A DNA stretch of 64,000 nucleotides from Mustelus asterias. Its lineage: Eukaryota. The DNA is taken from assembly GCF_964213995.1 (NCBI RefSeq), contig NC_135830.1, positions 1,674,001 through 1,738,000 on the forward strand, given 5' to 3'. Within the stretch, counting starts at the first letter, position 1, and the number at the start of each line of letters is the position of its first letter. Positions 23,630 to 36,815 of this stretch are shown here, piece after piece. Under the pieces are notes generated by a model. That model saw nothing but the letters and a program-made list of their open reading frames with translations. It made no database searches and had not been told where the DNA came from. The translations under genes were made by a program, and so were the position numbers.

Positions 23630-24302
23630 TGAAGTCGGGAATGGGGCAATGAACTTCAATACTCGAAGTGTCAAAGTGACCTCTGTGATATTTAGAGCTT
23701 GTGTGCGAAATATTGTAGAACTCATGTTTATGTTAGGGTGCTTTCTTGCTCATGTTTCCAGGACAGATACGAGCACAGCTGTCCTTTGTTTTTCTGGTGA
23801 AGAATGTGGCTAATCCGCCATTTTGTATTCTTTAATTATGTACTGCTGTGTAACAATGGGAGCCTATATCTAGGTCTTTTGTGACGTATAATGAAGCCTT
23901 CACATATATTATCTGTACCGATATACATTATACAAGTACCTACGAACGTATATAAATTGTTGTTCGCCAATTAACTTGTTTAAGCGAAGACTGTGACTTT
24001 GTACATTAGTAAGATACCCCACCTGTGCTCACAGAGAAGAACAACACTTATGGCCTTGGGATAACCGTGAAGAGAAAGCCACGGCAGCAAGGTTCTCACA
24101 GGAAGATGTTCAATCGCCTGAGAACCTGTGTGAGCCTGGGAACCTGCGTACGTGCAAGGTGGGCTATAAATGTATGTGTTTAGCATGCATTTGCTGAGAC
24201 ATCTGAGGCCATGTTAGGCATCGGACGGTCTCCCACAATTGTGCAAATGAACCAAAGTATTTTGACCTACGAATAGACTCAGAGGTATCTTTACATGCGA
24301 CA
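23630..24302 (+). repeat. Putative 3' LTR of ERV1
   Basis: Starts TG immediately after the PPT, TATA (CTATAAAT) near 24164, probable end ...GCGACA; no second copy in the window. Confidence 0.6.
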
Positions 24303-24519
24303 CAATCAAATGAAGGAAAATTGCGGCAATTTTATGTGTGATGTTCTCACTCGGGTATTGTGTAAATGCTGCTCAGATGTTGGAGCAGCATATCATCTAC
24401 CTACATTTTCCTGAGCCTGTGCTCGGTGTATTGGGAGTTTTGATCCGTGATGGAGTGCCTTGTGTCCCAGAGATGGGCAGTAACCCACTGATTAAAGCAG
24501 CTGTCGCCGCTTTCTGCTG

Positions 24520-24795
24520 ATACACCACCATTTTCACACTAGAGAAAATATTCACCTGCACTTTTTAAAGAAGGAGATGCTGGTTCATCCAACTTACTGA
24601 GACACCAGCGTAGTAACACTGGGGAGAGACCATTCACATGCTCAGAGTATGCGAAGGGAGTCACTCAGTTATCTCATCTGCTGACAGATGTTCTCAATGT
24701 GCGATTGAATTCAGGCAATCATCTGAGCTCACTGTACAACAGCGAGTTAACACAGTGGCGAGACTGTGCACCAGTTCTGACTGTGGGAAGATTAT
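24520..24795 (+). pseudogene. Degenerate C2H2 zinc-finger remnant (~3 fingers)
   Basis: CACTGGGGAGAGACCATTCACATGCTCAGAGTATGCGAAGGGA and similar linkers. Confidence 0.65.
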
Positions 24796-24799
24796 AAGA

Positions 24800-27070
24800 A
24801 CTACGAGTTGGCAGTTTAGCCCGTTGAGCCTGCTTCGCCAATTAATATGATCATGACTGATCTCTACTCAGCCTCAATTTCATGCCCAGTCACCATAGCC
24901 CTTCAAACCCATGACTGGTTAAAAATCTGTTCAACTCTTCCTTAAGTTTACTCAATGTCCCGGCATCCACCATGTTCTGGGGTAGTGAATTTCAAAGACT
25001 CATCGTTTTGAGAGGAGTAATTTATCCTCATCTCTGTTTTAATTCTGCTACTCTATAACCTCCTGTTCTAGATTGTCCTACAATAGGTTACGCCCTCTAC
25101 ATATCTGTTGTGTCAATGGGCTTTATAATGTTGTACTCTTCAACTTGATCTCCTGCCATTCTTCTAAACTTCAGGGAGTCGGCCTAAACTGCCCAAACTC
25201 ACTTTTTAAAGAAAATACCTTCATCTCTGGAATCAATCGCGTGAACCTCCTCCAATGCAACTACATCCCTCCTCAAGTAACGAGACCAAAACTGCCCACA
25301 GTATTCTAACTGTGGTCTCATTAATGCTTTGTGCAGTATCAGCAACACTTACTGTTTGGATATCCTATTCCTTTAGCAATAAGTTTCCAGATTACATTTG
25401 CCTCCCTTATTATCTTCTGAACCTGCTTAGTAGTTTTCTACAATTCAAGGACACCCAGATCCCTCTGCACTGAAGCACTGCAAACCTTCTTTCTATTTAG
25501 AAAATAATTTGCCTTTCTATTTTTCCTACCAAACTGGATAACTTCACACTTATCCATGTTAAACTCCATCTCTCACATTTTGTCTCATTTGCTTAAAATA
25601 TCCATATTTACTTGTACATTTCTTGCTTATTACTGCAACTTACTGCCCACCTATTTCCGTGCCATCTGCAAATTTGGCCATGGTACCTGCATCAAAATCA
25701 TTAATATAGACTGTAAGTCGTTGGGACCCAAGCAACAAACCCTATGGCATTCCAGTCCTTACCAATGTGAGTAATACACATTAATCCCGACACTGCTTTC
25801 TGTTCATTAGCCAATCCTGTATCCAAGATAATAAATGATCACTAATCCCGTGTGAACTCACTTTGCGTATTAACCCTTCGACTGGCATCTTTTCAAATGC
25901 GTTCTGGAAGCCCATACTATATCAACAGGATCCACATTACCATCCTTGTTTGTTCCATCTTCAAATAACGGAAGCAAATTAATCAACCATGGTTACCCCT
26001 TGATAAAAATCACCCTGACTCAGATGGATTTCATTTTGACTTTCTAAATGTCCTGTTATTACTTCCTTAATGACAGATTGCAACAATTAGATGTTAAACG
26101 AATTGGTCTAAAGTTTCCTACATTTTGCCTTCCTCCCTTTTTGAATAAGGGTGTAATAGTTGCATTTTTCCAAACTAGCAGAAAGTTTACCACATCCACG
26201 AAATTTGGACTATTGTAACGGCTGGATCCATTATCTCCAATGTCATTTCCATTCAGACCCTAGAATGTAGGCCATCGGGCCATGGGGACTTGCCTGCCTT
26301 TAATTCCAATAGTTTGCTCAGTAAATTTTCCCGAGTGATGATGATAGTTCTGAGTTTCTCCCTATCTCTTACCTCTGCATTTTTGTGGCTATTTGGATGG
26401 TGCGAATGGCATAAACTGAGGCAAAAGATTGATTTAGAGTCTGAGCCATTTCTGCACTCTCCACTATTAATTCCCAGTTTCATCTTCCAAGGGAACAACA
26501 TTCATTTTAGCTACTCTTTCCCTCTTGATGTACTTACAGAAGCTTTTGCTTTCTTTTTTTATATTTTGCGCTAGTTTTCTTTAATTATTGACCATTACTC
26601 TTTCTATTACAAATTTTGAGTGACCTTTTGTTGATGTGTAAAAGTATCCCAATCTTCTGCTGTGCCACTGGACTCTGCAATAAGTTATGTCTTAGTTGTT
26701 GTCTTTATTATTCTTAACTTGATTGCTTAGCCATGTATTTCTTGCCCCTCTCTTACCGCCTTTCCTGCTCTCTGGAATATATTTTAGTTGGACTTGAATA
26801 TCCCCATAAATAGTTGCCACTGTTTATCAACTGTCTCACCTTTTAATCTTCCTGCCTAGTCCACGAGGGCCAAATTTGTCCTCATCCTATGTAGTCATTT
26901 TTGTTTAATTCCAGCATGTTAGCGTGGGACTCCAGTTCTCACCCTCAACATGATGTTGAAATTCTAGTATGTTATGATCTCCTTACTTTGGATCTTTAAC
27001 TTTGGAATTATTTATGAGCCCTACCTCATTTCATGATACCTCATCCAGAATAGTCTGCTCCCTGCTCTGC
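24800..27070 (-). mobile_element. Old CR1 LINE
   Basis: Degenerate CR1 ORF2 (LKAGKSPWPDGLHSRV) and 3' UTR on the minus strand. Confidence 0.75.
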
Positions 27071-27149
27071 TCCACACGGTCCCAAGGTTCGGAGCAGTAG
27101 ATGGAAGCTGTGACTTGCCCATGAGAGTAACTGAGGAATGAGAAATTAA

Positions 27150-28370
27150 ATAATAATAAGGAGAACAGGTGGATGCACTGTATTCAGATTTCCAAAATTT
27201 ATTTGGTTTGTTGCCACATCGGAGGTTATTGCAATAAATGAAAGCTCATGGTGTTGGAGGATAATGTATTGGCATGGGTAGAGGACTGGCTAGCTAACAT
27301 TGGCCATGCTAACAGGCAACATCACCATAAATAGGCTTTTCTCTATTTGGCAAGATGTAGGAATGGTGTACTACGGGATTCAGTGCTGCTTAAAATTAAC
27401 TGGATCATTGTTTATAATTGATATAAATGACTTGCATGAATGGAGCGAATGTGTGGTTGCTAAATTGGCTTGTGGCACAAAGATATGTTGGATAGTGAGA
27501 TATGAAGAGGGACAAGAAGGCTACAAAGTGGTGCAAATAGGTTAGGTGAGAGGGCAAAGATCTGACAAATCGAATATCATGATGAAAAGTTTGAAAATGT
27601 CCGTTTTGGCTGGAAAAATAGAAGGGACGCATGTTATTTAAATGGTGAGAGGCTACAGAGCTCCGAGATGCGGAGAAATCTGGTTATCACAGTGCATGAA
27701 TCACAGAGCACGAGTTTGCAGGTGCAGAAAATGGGAAAACGAATAGTTTATTATTGTATTCATCTCCTCTTGCAATAAACAAGTGTAGGGAGGTTTTACT
27801 TCAGTTTTACAGGCCATTGGTGGGACCTCATATGGAGTGCTGTATACAGTATTGGTCGCCTTATTTAAGGAAATGTGTAAATACATTGGAAGCAGTTCAG
27901 AGAAAGTTTACCGAAATAATAACTGGAATGTGTGTGTTATTTTATGAGGAAAGGTTGGAAAGTCTACGCTTGTACTCGCTCGCACGAGAGTTTAGAAGAG
28001 TAAGAGTTGACTTGATTAAAACATAGAAGTTCAAGAGGGGTCTTGATGAGGTAGATCTGCAAAGGATGTTTGCTCTTGTAGGAAAATCTAGAACGAGTGG
28101 TCACTGTTAAAAATAAGGTGCTGCTCATTTAGGACAGGAATACGGTGAATTTTGTTCTCAGAGGGTTTGGAGTCTTTGGATCTCGTTTACTTGAAAGGCA
28201 GCTGAAGAGGTGTCTTTGAATATTTTGTATGGTAGAGGCAGATAGATTCCTGGAAAGGTTATCGGGGTAGACTGGAGGTTGAAATAATATCAACCATGAA
28301 CATATTAAAAGGGCAGAACAGGTTCAAGGGGCCGAATGATTACTCCTGCTCCGAATGCATATGGTCACAT
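27150..28370 (+). mobile_element. Old CR1 LINE 3' portion
   Basis: LVGPHMECCIQYWSPYLRK and other RT C-terminal motifs; CR1 3' UTR. Confidence 0.8.
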
Positions 28371-28679
28371 GTACAATCTGGAGTTAGAAAGGAGGAAATA
28401 TCCAAAAATGAACAAGTCGGTAACAGGACATCAATGAATCTTTTATCATGGGCAAAATAAGGTGCGGATTGTATGTGCCTGAAACAATCTTTCTTTAGAC
28501 AGATATCAATATATTAACCTACGGCCCAGTTACAGAGTTGTTAACAGTGTTAGAAGCAAAGCCAACTCACAAACAAATCAGAACCATCAGAATAAAGGGA
28601 AGGTGTTTGTGGATGTGATTTCGATCAGAATTCTGTCCGAGTCATCTGTGGAGCTACGGGTCTCTCAGTAAGGTGGACG

Positions 28680-29282
28680 AACGACAAACTTCCTTCCCGC
28701 AAGTGGAGCAGGTGAACAGCCTCTTCCGAGTTTTAACTCCTGAGTGTTTCAGACAGTTGAATGGCTAAATAAGTCCCTTCCCACACTCAGAGATGAACAA
28801 AAGCCCCTGCCGGGGTGAACTTGCTGATGTCTGAGCAGGCGGGCTGATCGGGTGAATCCCTTCCCACTCTCAGAACAAGTGAACGGCTTCTCCTTAGTAT
28901 GAACTCGCTGGTGTCTCAGCAGATGGGAAGACTGAGTGAATTGCTTCCCACACTCCGAGCAGATAAACATTCCCTCCCCCGTAAACTTTGATGAACTTTC
29001 TGCAGACGAGATGAACGTGCGAATCCCTTCCCACACAAGTAGCAGGTGAACGGACTCTCTCCACTGCGACTCCGCTGATCAGTTTCTCGCTCAGATGGGA
29101 AATTGAATTCCTTCTCTCTATCGTCACATTTCCAGCCCACTTTCCCGCTCTGATCAGTCCTTTTCCCTTCCATGTTCAAAATCCGATGATATTCAGGCAT
29201 TGATCAATTGGGAGATTCTGTCAGATCCTGATGTGATGTTTGTGTTGAATTTTTCAACTACAAATCCTCCCCTTCTAATACC
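28680..29282 (-). pseudogene. C2H2 zinc-finger gene B, main exon (~5-6 fingers, disrupted)
   Basis: Same acceptor and N-terminal PEYHRILNMEGK leader as gene A; finger repeats over two frames. Confidence 0.85.
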
Positions 29283-29663
29283 CTGTGAAATTGTTTAAAA
29301 GAGAAAAAAAAGAGTGAGAGAGAACCCACAAAAGCACAAAGGCACGTTGTGAAATTGAGCTGAAAGAATCTGGTAATTTGTGGGGCTGGCACTAGGAAAA
29401 TGTGACCATGAAAGCTCCTGGATTGTTGTAAAAACCCAAATGGCTCATGAATGCCCTTCAGGGAAGGGAACCTGCTACCCAGCCTGGCCTTCATAACAGG
29501 TGAGAGAGTTGGAGATGCAGAGGGTTAGGGAGAGAGATCTTATATACATTTACCTCGACTGGAACTCTAACGGAATTTCCCAAGCCCCAAACCTCCTCCA
29601 GCACCGAGAAGGGCCAGGATAGAAGATGTATGTGAACACCATCACACTCACGTTCCCCTCCAT

Positions 29664-29972
29664 GTGGCAGCATGGTTGCACAGTGATTATGTATGCTGCC
29701 TCACAGCGCCAGTGGCCTAGTTTCAATACCGGCCACGGGTGACTGTGTATAATTTGCACGTTCTCTTCGTGTGAGTTTCCTCCAGGTGCTTCAGTTTCCT
29801 CCCACAGCCCAGAGATATTCGGGTTAGGTTAATTGGACATACGGCATTTCCACCTAATATCAGGGAAATAATCAGGGTAAATATGCAGTATTAAGGGGAT
29901 ACGGCCTGTTTGGGATTGTTGACGATGTAGGCTCAGTGGCCTCCTTCTGCCCTGTAGGGATCCTATGATTCT
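29664..29972 (+). mobile_element. Older HE1-type V-SINE
   Basis: Head, V domain and tail motifs. Confidence 0.75.
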
Positions 29973-30399
29973 AAAAACACACTGTTCTGACTTGCCTGAC
30001 ATCAAGGTCTGGATGAATAGAAAATTTCTGTATTTAACTATTTGGAAGACTGAAGCCATTGACTTCAATCCCTGCTCCAAACTCCACTCCTGAGGACTGA
30101 CTCCATTCCTCTCCCTGACAGCTGTCTGAATCTGAACCAGGCTGTTCATAATCATGGTGAAATATTTCATCTCAGCCACATATCCACATCATCACCAAGA
30201 CTCTCTCTTTCCAACTTAGTAACATTGCCTGACTCCATCCCAATCCCAGCTCATCTAAACAGAAAGATGATGGACGTAGAGCAAATCGAATCCATTCGGG
30301 ATGGGGCAGCTCCTGTGGCTGGCAACTTAAGAGATTCATCTGCAAGTTGCAGGTTGCTGAATCTCTCATCGATTTCTTTCTAACCTCTGTTTGTTGATG

Positions 30400-32030
30400 T
30401 GTAATGACTTGATTAGGGAAATTAAGGTAAAGGAACCCTTAGGGAACTGTGACCCCAAAGATAGAATTTATCCTGCAGTTTGAGAGGGAGATGCTGGAAT
30501 CAGATATAACGGTATTACAATTAAATAAAGGTAACCACAAAGACGAGAGGGAGGATCTGGCCAGAGTTGATTGGAAAGGAAACCCGGCAGGGAAGACAGT
30601 GGAAGAGCAATGGCAGCAGTTTTTTGGGGGTTATTCGGGAGGCACAACAGAATTTTATCCCAAGGAGGAGGAAACATGCTATGTGGAGGAGGAGGCATCC
30701 AAAGCTGACGAGGGAAGTCAAGGACAGCATAAAAGCAATGACTCCCAAGTCCCTTTGTGTTTCTGATTTCCTAAGCATTTTCCCATTTAGAAAATAGTCT
30801 AAGCCTCGAGGCCTCCTTCCAAAGTGCAGAACCTCACAAATCTTACACATTGTATTCTATCTGTCACTTCTTTGCCCACTCTCCTAACCTGTCCAATTCA
30901 TTCTGCAGCCACCCTTCTTCCTCAATACTACCTGTCCCTCTACATATCTTTCTATCATTTGCAAACTTAGCCTTCAATTCCTTCCTCCAAATCGTTAATG
31001 TATATTGTGAGAAGTTGTGGTCCCAGCACTGTCCCCTGAGGCACACCACTAGTCATCAGCTGCCATCCTGAGAAAGACCCCTTAATTCCCACTCTGTGAC
31101 TTCTGCCAGTCAACCCAATCCTCTATCCATTCCAGGATCTTACACTTAACACCATGGACTCTTAACTGATTCAACAGTCTCCTATGTGGCGCCTTGTAAA
31201 AGGCCTTCTGAAAATCTAAATAAATCACGTCCACTGGTTCTCCTTTAGCTAACTTCCTTGTTACCTCCTCAAAGAGCTCCAACAGTTTTGTCAGACATGA
31301 CCTCCCCTTGACAAAGCCGTGCTGACTCAGTCCCACTTTATCATGCATTTCTAAGGACTGTGCGATCTCATCTTTAATAATGGAATCTAAAATCTTGCCA
31401 AAGACCGAAGTCAGGCTAACCAGCCTATAATTTCGCATCTGCTGCCTCTCTCCCTTTTTGAAGAGCGGTGTTGCATTCGCTTCCTCCCAGTCCTCTGGTA
31501 CTCTCCCTGCCTCCAGTGATTCCTGAAAGACCACCTCCAATGCCTCCACAATTTCCTCAGTATCTCTTTTAGAACCCTGGGGTGTAGTCCATCCGGTCCA
31601 GGTTAGTTATCCACCTTCAGGCCTTTCAGTTTCCCCAGAACCTCCTCCTTAGTGATGGTCACGACATCATCTGTGCCCCCTGACTCTCCTGGAGCCCTTG
31701 AATCCCACTGGTATCTTCCACCGTGAAGACTGATGCAAAGTAACTATTCAGTTCCTCTGCCATTGCTTTATTTCCTACTATTACTGCTCCAGCCTCATTT
31801 TCCAGTGGTCCAATTGCTATTTTTTACCTCTTACCTTTTATGTATTGAAAAAAAAACTCTTCCTAAATTATTTTTATATTATTAGCTTGCTTACACTCAT
31901 ATCTTCTCCTCTCTCCTCTCCCCCCCCCCCCCACCCCCCCTTATTGCTTTTTCAGTTGTCCTCTGCTCGCTGTTAAATGCTTCCCGATCCTCTGGCTTCC
32001 CAGTAATCCTTGCCACTTTGTATGCTTTCT
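30400..32030. mobile_element. CR1 LINE with internal inversion (plus 30400-30737, minus 30738-32030)
   Basis: Plus piece ends ...GACAGCATAAAAGCAA and minus piece begins (at ~32030) GAGAAAGCATACAAAG, contiguous in CR1 ORF2; minus ORF with YRLVSLTSV, QHGFVKGRSC, VDVIYLDFQKAF. Confidence 0.82.
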
Positions 32031-32372
32031 CATTTACATGATTTCTTCATGGTGTGGGTGTATCTTTTTTTGTATTTCCAAGTTTATTCGTTGAGCATGG
32101 TTCCTTCCCGCTGTGAATGGTGTGATTTTTATGGGCTGTGTAACAGGTTAAAGCTCTTTCCCCAGTCAGTTCACTGGGACACTTTCAGTCAAGTGTGTCT
32201 GTGTGTCCCGGTGCTTTTCATTCACAGTGATGTTTGAAATCTTTTCCCTCAGACAAAACAGACAAATATTCTTCCTGCCATTTTCAAAGTCCAATGAATT
32301 TGGTTACACTGTTAGATCATGAAGATTCGTTTTACTTACCCAACTACAGATCATCCTCTTCGAATATCCTGT
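32030..32372 (-). pseudogene. Truncated 5' part of another zinc-finger exon
   Basis: Acceptor plus linker module and degenerate first fingers (AAGAGCTTTAACCTGTTACACAGCC...CACACCATGAAGAAATCATGTAAATG), homologous to 38640-38778. Confidence 0.55.
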
Positions 32373-33379
32373 AAAAAGTTTAAATAGAATTTTAAAGAAT
32401 ATACAGAATAGCAACAGGTCCTTTTGTCGAACTAGTCTCTGCTGGTGCTTATTCCTCAAGCTCTTCCCCCCTCCCATTCTAGCTACCTCAGCTCAATATT
32501 TGAGCATTTAATTCTATTCAATATTATCTCACGTACTCATCTAGTTTCGTTCTGAACGTATCTCAGTTAGTTCTTACCTCAACCACTACCTGTGGTAGTG
32601 AGTTCCACATTCTAATCACTCTTTGAGTAAACACACATCTCTTTATTTTCCAGTTGAATTGATCAGTAAATATCTTGTATTTCTGACCCCTGGATTTAGA
32701 TTCACCCACAAGCAAAAACATTCTCTCCACAGCTGCAAGGTCACACATGGCAGACTGGCCTGGAAAATGAAAGTTTGCGGGATCCAAGGAGCAGTTACGT
32801 GTTGGACGTAAAATTGGCTCAATGTCAGGAAGTAATGAATAATTATTTTTGTGACTGGAAGGCTGTTTCCATCGGCAGCGGAGGGAGGGTTGGGGGGTTG
32901 TTCATGCAATTCAGGACTGCAATCTACTCTCCTCATTTGTATTATTGATTTGGACTTGATGTAGGGACATGAATAAAATATTTGCAGATTACACAAAAAT
33001 GTCGGAGTGCTTGATAGTGGGCAAAAAAGTTGGACAGAAAACAAGGCAAAGGATTACATGACAAATGGTAGGATATTAAGAATTGTGGAGGAATAGAGGG
33101 ATATTCGAGTGCATGTGTACAGAGGTTAGCGGGACAGGTCGAGAAGATAATTAAGGATGCATGGAGGATAATTACCTCCATTACCTGGAGCACATATTAT
33201 ATGTGCAGTGAGGTTCTGCTGGAACTGTATAAAATACGCACAAGGTCTAGCTAGAGTACAGGAAGGATGGGATTGCATTTGAGAGGTTAAACAGGAGATT
33301 TAAAATGTGCCAGAAATGGGGAATTTTAATCAGATAGATTGTTGTTGTTTTCTTTTGAACAATATATATACACACACAC

Positions 33380-34336
33380 ACAATATACATTAACGATTTG
33401 GAGGAAGGAACAGAAGGCACTGTTGCCAAGTTTGCAGATGATACAAAGACATTAAGAGGGACAGATAGTATTGAGGAAGCATGGGGGCTTGAGAAGGGCT
33501 TGGACGTGTTAGGAGAGTGGGCAAAGAAGTGGTAGATGGAATACAAGATGGAAAATTGTGAGGTTATACACTTTGGAAGGAGGAATGGAGGCATCGAATA
33601 TTTCGAAATGGGAAAATACTTAGGAAATCAGAAACACAAATGGATTTAGGAGTCATTGTTCAAGATTCTCATACGGTTAACGTGTAGGTTCATTCAGCAG
33701 TTAGAAAGGCAAATGCAATGTTATCATTCATGTCGAGAGGGCTAGAATTCAAGAACAGGATGTACTTCTGAGGATGCATAAGGCTCCAGTCAGACCCCAT
33801 TTGGAGTATTGTGAGCAGTTTTTGGCCCCATATCTAAGGAAGGATGCGCTGGCATTAGAACGGGTCCAGAGAAGGTTCACAACAATGATCGCTCGAATGA
33901 AGAGCTTGTCATATGAGGAACGGCTGAGAACTCTGGGTCTGTTCTCGTTGGAGTTTAGAAGGATGAGCGGGGATCTTATTGAAACTTTCAGGATACTGCG
34001 AGGCCTGAATAGCCTGGACGTGGAGAGGATGTTTCCACTGGCGGGAAAAAAAACTAGAACCAGAGGGCATAACCTCGGGCTTAAGGGACGACCCTTTAAA
34101 ACAGAGATGAGGAGGAATATCTTCAGCCAGAGAGTGGTAAATCTGTGGAACTCTTTGCCACAGAACGCTGTGGAGGCCAGGTCATTGAGTGTCTTTAAGA
34201 CAGATGTAGATGAGTTCTTGATTAACAAGGGGATCAGGGGTTATGGGGAAAAGGCAGGAGAATTGGGTGAGAAAAATAATCAACCCTGATTGAATGGCGG
34301 AGCAGACTCGATGGGCCGAGTGGCCTAATTTTGCTC
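33380..34336 (+). mobile_element. 5'-truncated CR1 LINE (same subfamily as 30400-32030 and 59700-60748)
   Basis: KFADD, VRPHLEYCEQF, RRNIFSQRVVNLWNSLP; 3' UTR. Confidence 0.9.
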
Positions 34337-35279
34337 CTAAGTCTTATGGCCTTATAGGTGTCTGAAGGGAGAAATGTATCCAATTGAGGTGCTTCAGTAG
34401 AGCGAATAAGAAGATGGGTACATAATGGGAGATTTGGATTTAGTGGAAGAAGTAGGAGGCTGAAGTGAATTTGAGGACATTTCCTTTACATTCAGAGGGT
34501 GGTGGTGATATGTGACCCACGGCCAGGAAGGGTGGCAGATAATGAAATCCTCATGACATTTAAGAGTTTGGATCCGCAATTTAAGTGACCTAACGTACAA
34601 GGTTATGGACTAGCCTCTGGGTACTGGGAATTGATGGGTTCGCGGCTAGGTGGCCATTGTAAATACAACAGACAAAATGAAATATTTCAGGAGTAGCAGA
34701 AGTTCATGAAAAAGGGGGACAGTCACTCTCAATGGTCTACCTACTTTCGCTGCCTAGACTGCTAATGTGGTCTTAGCAAGCAAGTTACTTTGCCTACACT
34801 GTAGATGCAATTACACCACATGAACTGTAGTGGTTCAAGAAGGCAGCTCAGCATCACCTTCCTAAGTGCAACTAGGTATGCACAATAAATGCTGGTCAAG
34901 GCAGTGACACCCACATCCTGCAAATTGTTTTGTTTTAAATGGAACATTAAACATGAATATTCCTAATGATATCAGTGCAATTGAACTCAATTTTAACATG
35001 AAAAAGTGTCCCAGTCATTCTGATATCTGAAATTTTACCTCACGCAGGACAGACATCTCCCTTCCCACATTCAAAATTTGGAATGATATTCAACTCCTGA
35101 TGAATGTACTGAATCTCTCAGATCTGGACGTGATGATTAGTGAGAGTTTCCCGTCTGGAAATGCTGTTTTGCTAATTCGCACTAAAAGGAGTTTCCAGCA
35201 GGATTTTCACTCTCAGTCTAGAACATTTACACAATGTTTTTCTTCTGCTTCCTGTTCCTGGCTGGCTGTGTTGCACATT

Positions 35280-35600
35280 GTCCAGAAAGATAGCGATGCG
35301 CATGCGCCTTGCTGACTTCTTCCTTGAATGACAGCGACAGTTAAAGCCCTCCCGTCAGTGAAAAAGACAGGACGTTACTGGCGCCCGTCTAGTGACAAGT
35401 ATCGGATTGTAATCATAATTCATTGAACAGGCTTCGCATTAATCGTGAATCTGTGCACAAAAATGGCGGATGGTGCTACCCAGTATGCCCCGCGTGCGAG
35501 AAAATAGCCTATCTCTTTCAGATGGGTCGCAGTGCGCAGATAAGCCCCGCCTCCCAATGTCCAGCCGCGCGCTCCAGAAAGCGCGAATGGCCGAGCAGAG
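35280..35600 (-). promoter_or_regulatory. Putative CpG-rich promoter of zinc-finger gene B with NRF1 site
   Basis: TGCGCATGCGC at 35297-35307, GC box CCCCGCCTC, CpG-rich, upstream of minus-strand linker exons. Confidence 0.5.
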
Positions 35601-35602
35601 AT

Positions 35603-35732
35603 CCTCAGGGTGGGGCTCCCTCAGCGCTGCATCGGAATATCAGAATGGACTTAATGCTGATGTTTCTGGATGTGCATTTAAACCCACATCTTCTTGGCTC
35701 AGAGATGAGACTGTAACCGCTGAGCTACAACT
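35603..35732 (-). mobile_element. Ancient DeuSINE/SacSINE1-like head
   Basis: Minus: GTAGCTCAGCGGTTACAGTCTCATCTCTGAGCCAAGAAGATGTGGGTTTAAATG...GCAGCGCTGAGGGAG. Confidence 0.55.
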
Positions 35733-36449
35733 AACGCCTCATCATTACTCTCGATTTTTGCACCTTCAGTTACTATCATGGACAAGTATAAGATTTTAAC
35801 CCGGGACCTGAGCGTCCCGGAATCAAATACATCAGTGATTTCGAATATTTTTTTATTAACTGGCAACAGTTCAGAAATGGTACATAAACGAAATAGGCAA
35901 ATACAACACATATAACAGGTGAGATCGCGTTCCTGGTCCTGGATCAGGGGGGTTCTGATCTCTGTAGCTGGCGGCGGCAGTCTTCTCTGAACGGTTAACT
36001 GGTGTGAGCCAAATTGTGCGTGTTGGATCACTTCAAAATCTCTTTGCACTCGAGAGCCTACTTTAACCTTTGCAGACAGATAGGTTACGTGTGGGTCATG
36101 AGATCCAATCGTATCAGGGTTAGAAATGTCTTGCTTCAGGGCCTGTACTAGAGAAATGGCCTTGACAGAGATAACAGGTCTGTCCTGTGTTTGTCAGCTT
36201 GCAATATGCTATGGAAGGTTTCTTCATAAATGAAAGTGAGATATTTTGATAATACTCCACGAATTTCTGAAGATCTATTAAGGTTTTCAGACAAAGATTT
36301 CTGGCAGTCCGTTACTCGGATTCGACGTGTCTCCATTCCCATGACGAGGGGATTTCTGTACCAGGCGGGCATTTAGGATTTCTCTATTCTCCACCAATTC
36401 CCATTCCCTTTCTTTCTGGTGGATAATGGAGGTGTCACTGTGTGTAATA

Positions 36450-36815
36450 TGCACAGTAAGAGTTTTAACAACACCAGGTTAAAGTCCAACAGGTTTATTT
36501 GGTAGCAAATACCATTAGCTTTCGGAGCGCTGCTCCTTCGTCAGATGGAGTGGAAATGTGCTCTCAAACAGTGCACAGAGACACAAAATCAAGTTACAGA
36601 ATACTGATTAGAACGCGAATCCCTACAGCCAACCAGATCTTAAAGATACAGACAATGTCGGTGGAGGGAGCATTATGCACAGGTTAAAGATATGTGTATT
36701 GTCTCCAGACAGGACAGCCTGCAAGTCCAGGAGGCAAGCTGTGGGGGTTATTGATAATGTGACATAAATCCAACATCCCGGTTTAGGCCGACCTAATGTG
36801 TGTGGAACTTGGCCG
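36450..36815 (-). mobile_element. Penelope-like element 3' end (endonuclease C-terminus, 3' UTR, hammerhead, polyA signal)
   Basis: Minus translation AKFHTH*VGLNRDVGFMSHYQ* resembles the C-terminus of vertebrate PLE GIY-YIG ORFs; hammerhead followed by AATAAA. Confidence 0.8.
36512..36548 (-). ncRNA. Minimal type I hammerhead ribozyme
   Basis: CCAU-CUGACGA-A-GGAGC-AGC-GCUCC-GAAA-GC-UA-AUGG: intact core, stem I CCAU/AUGG, 5-bp stem II, palindromic AGCU stem III. Confidence 0.78.

Larger units (their letters stand above)
19757..24302 (+). mobile_element. Defective, internally deleted endogenous retrovirus (ERV1): gag fragments, integrase C-terminal remnant, env, PPT, 3' LTR
   Basis: CCHC knuckle CYNCETPGHFARDC (~20420), LKWDGPYEVII (GPY module, ~21895), env, PPT AGGGGGGAG 23621-23629; 5' boundary uncertain, no RT seen. 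Confidence 0.78.

Noticed and set aside
35790-35830. Fragment resembling the tRNA-Pro T-arm (minus AGGTCCCGGGTTAAAATC)
   Set aside because: Too short and degenerate; no D arm or acceptor stem pairing.
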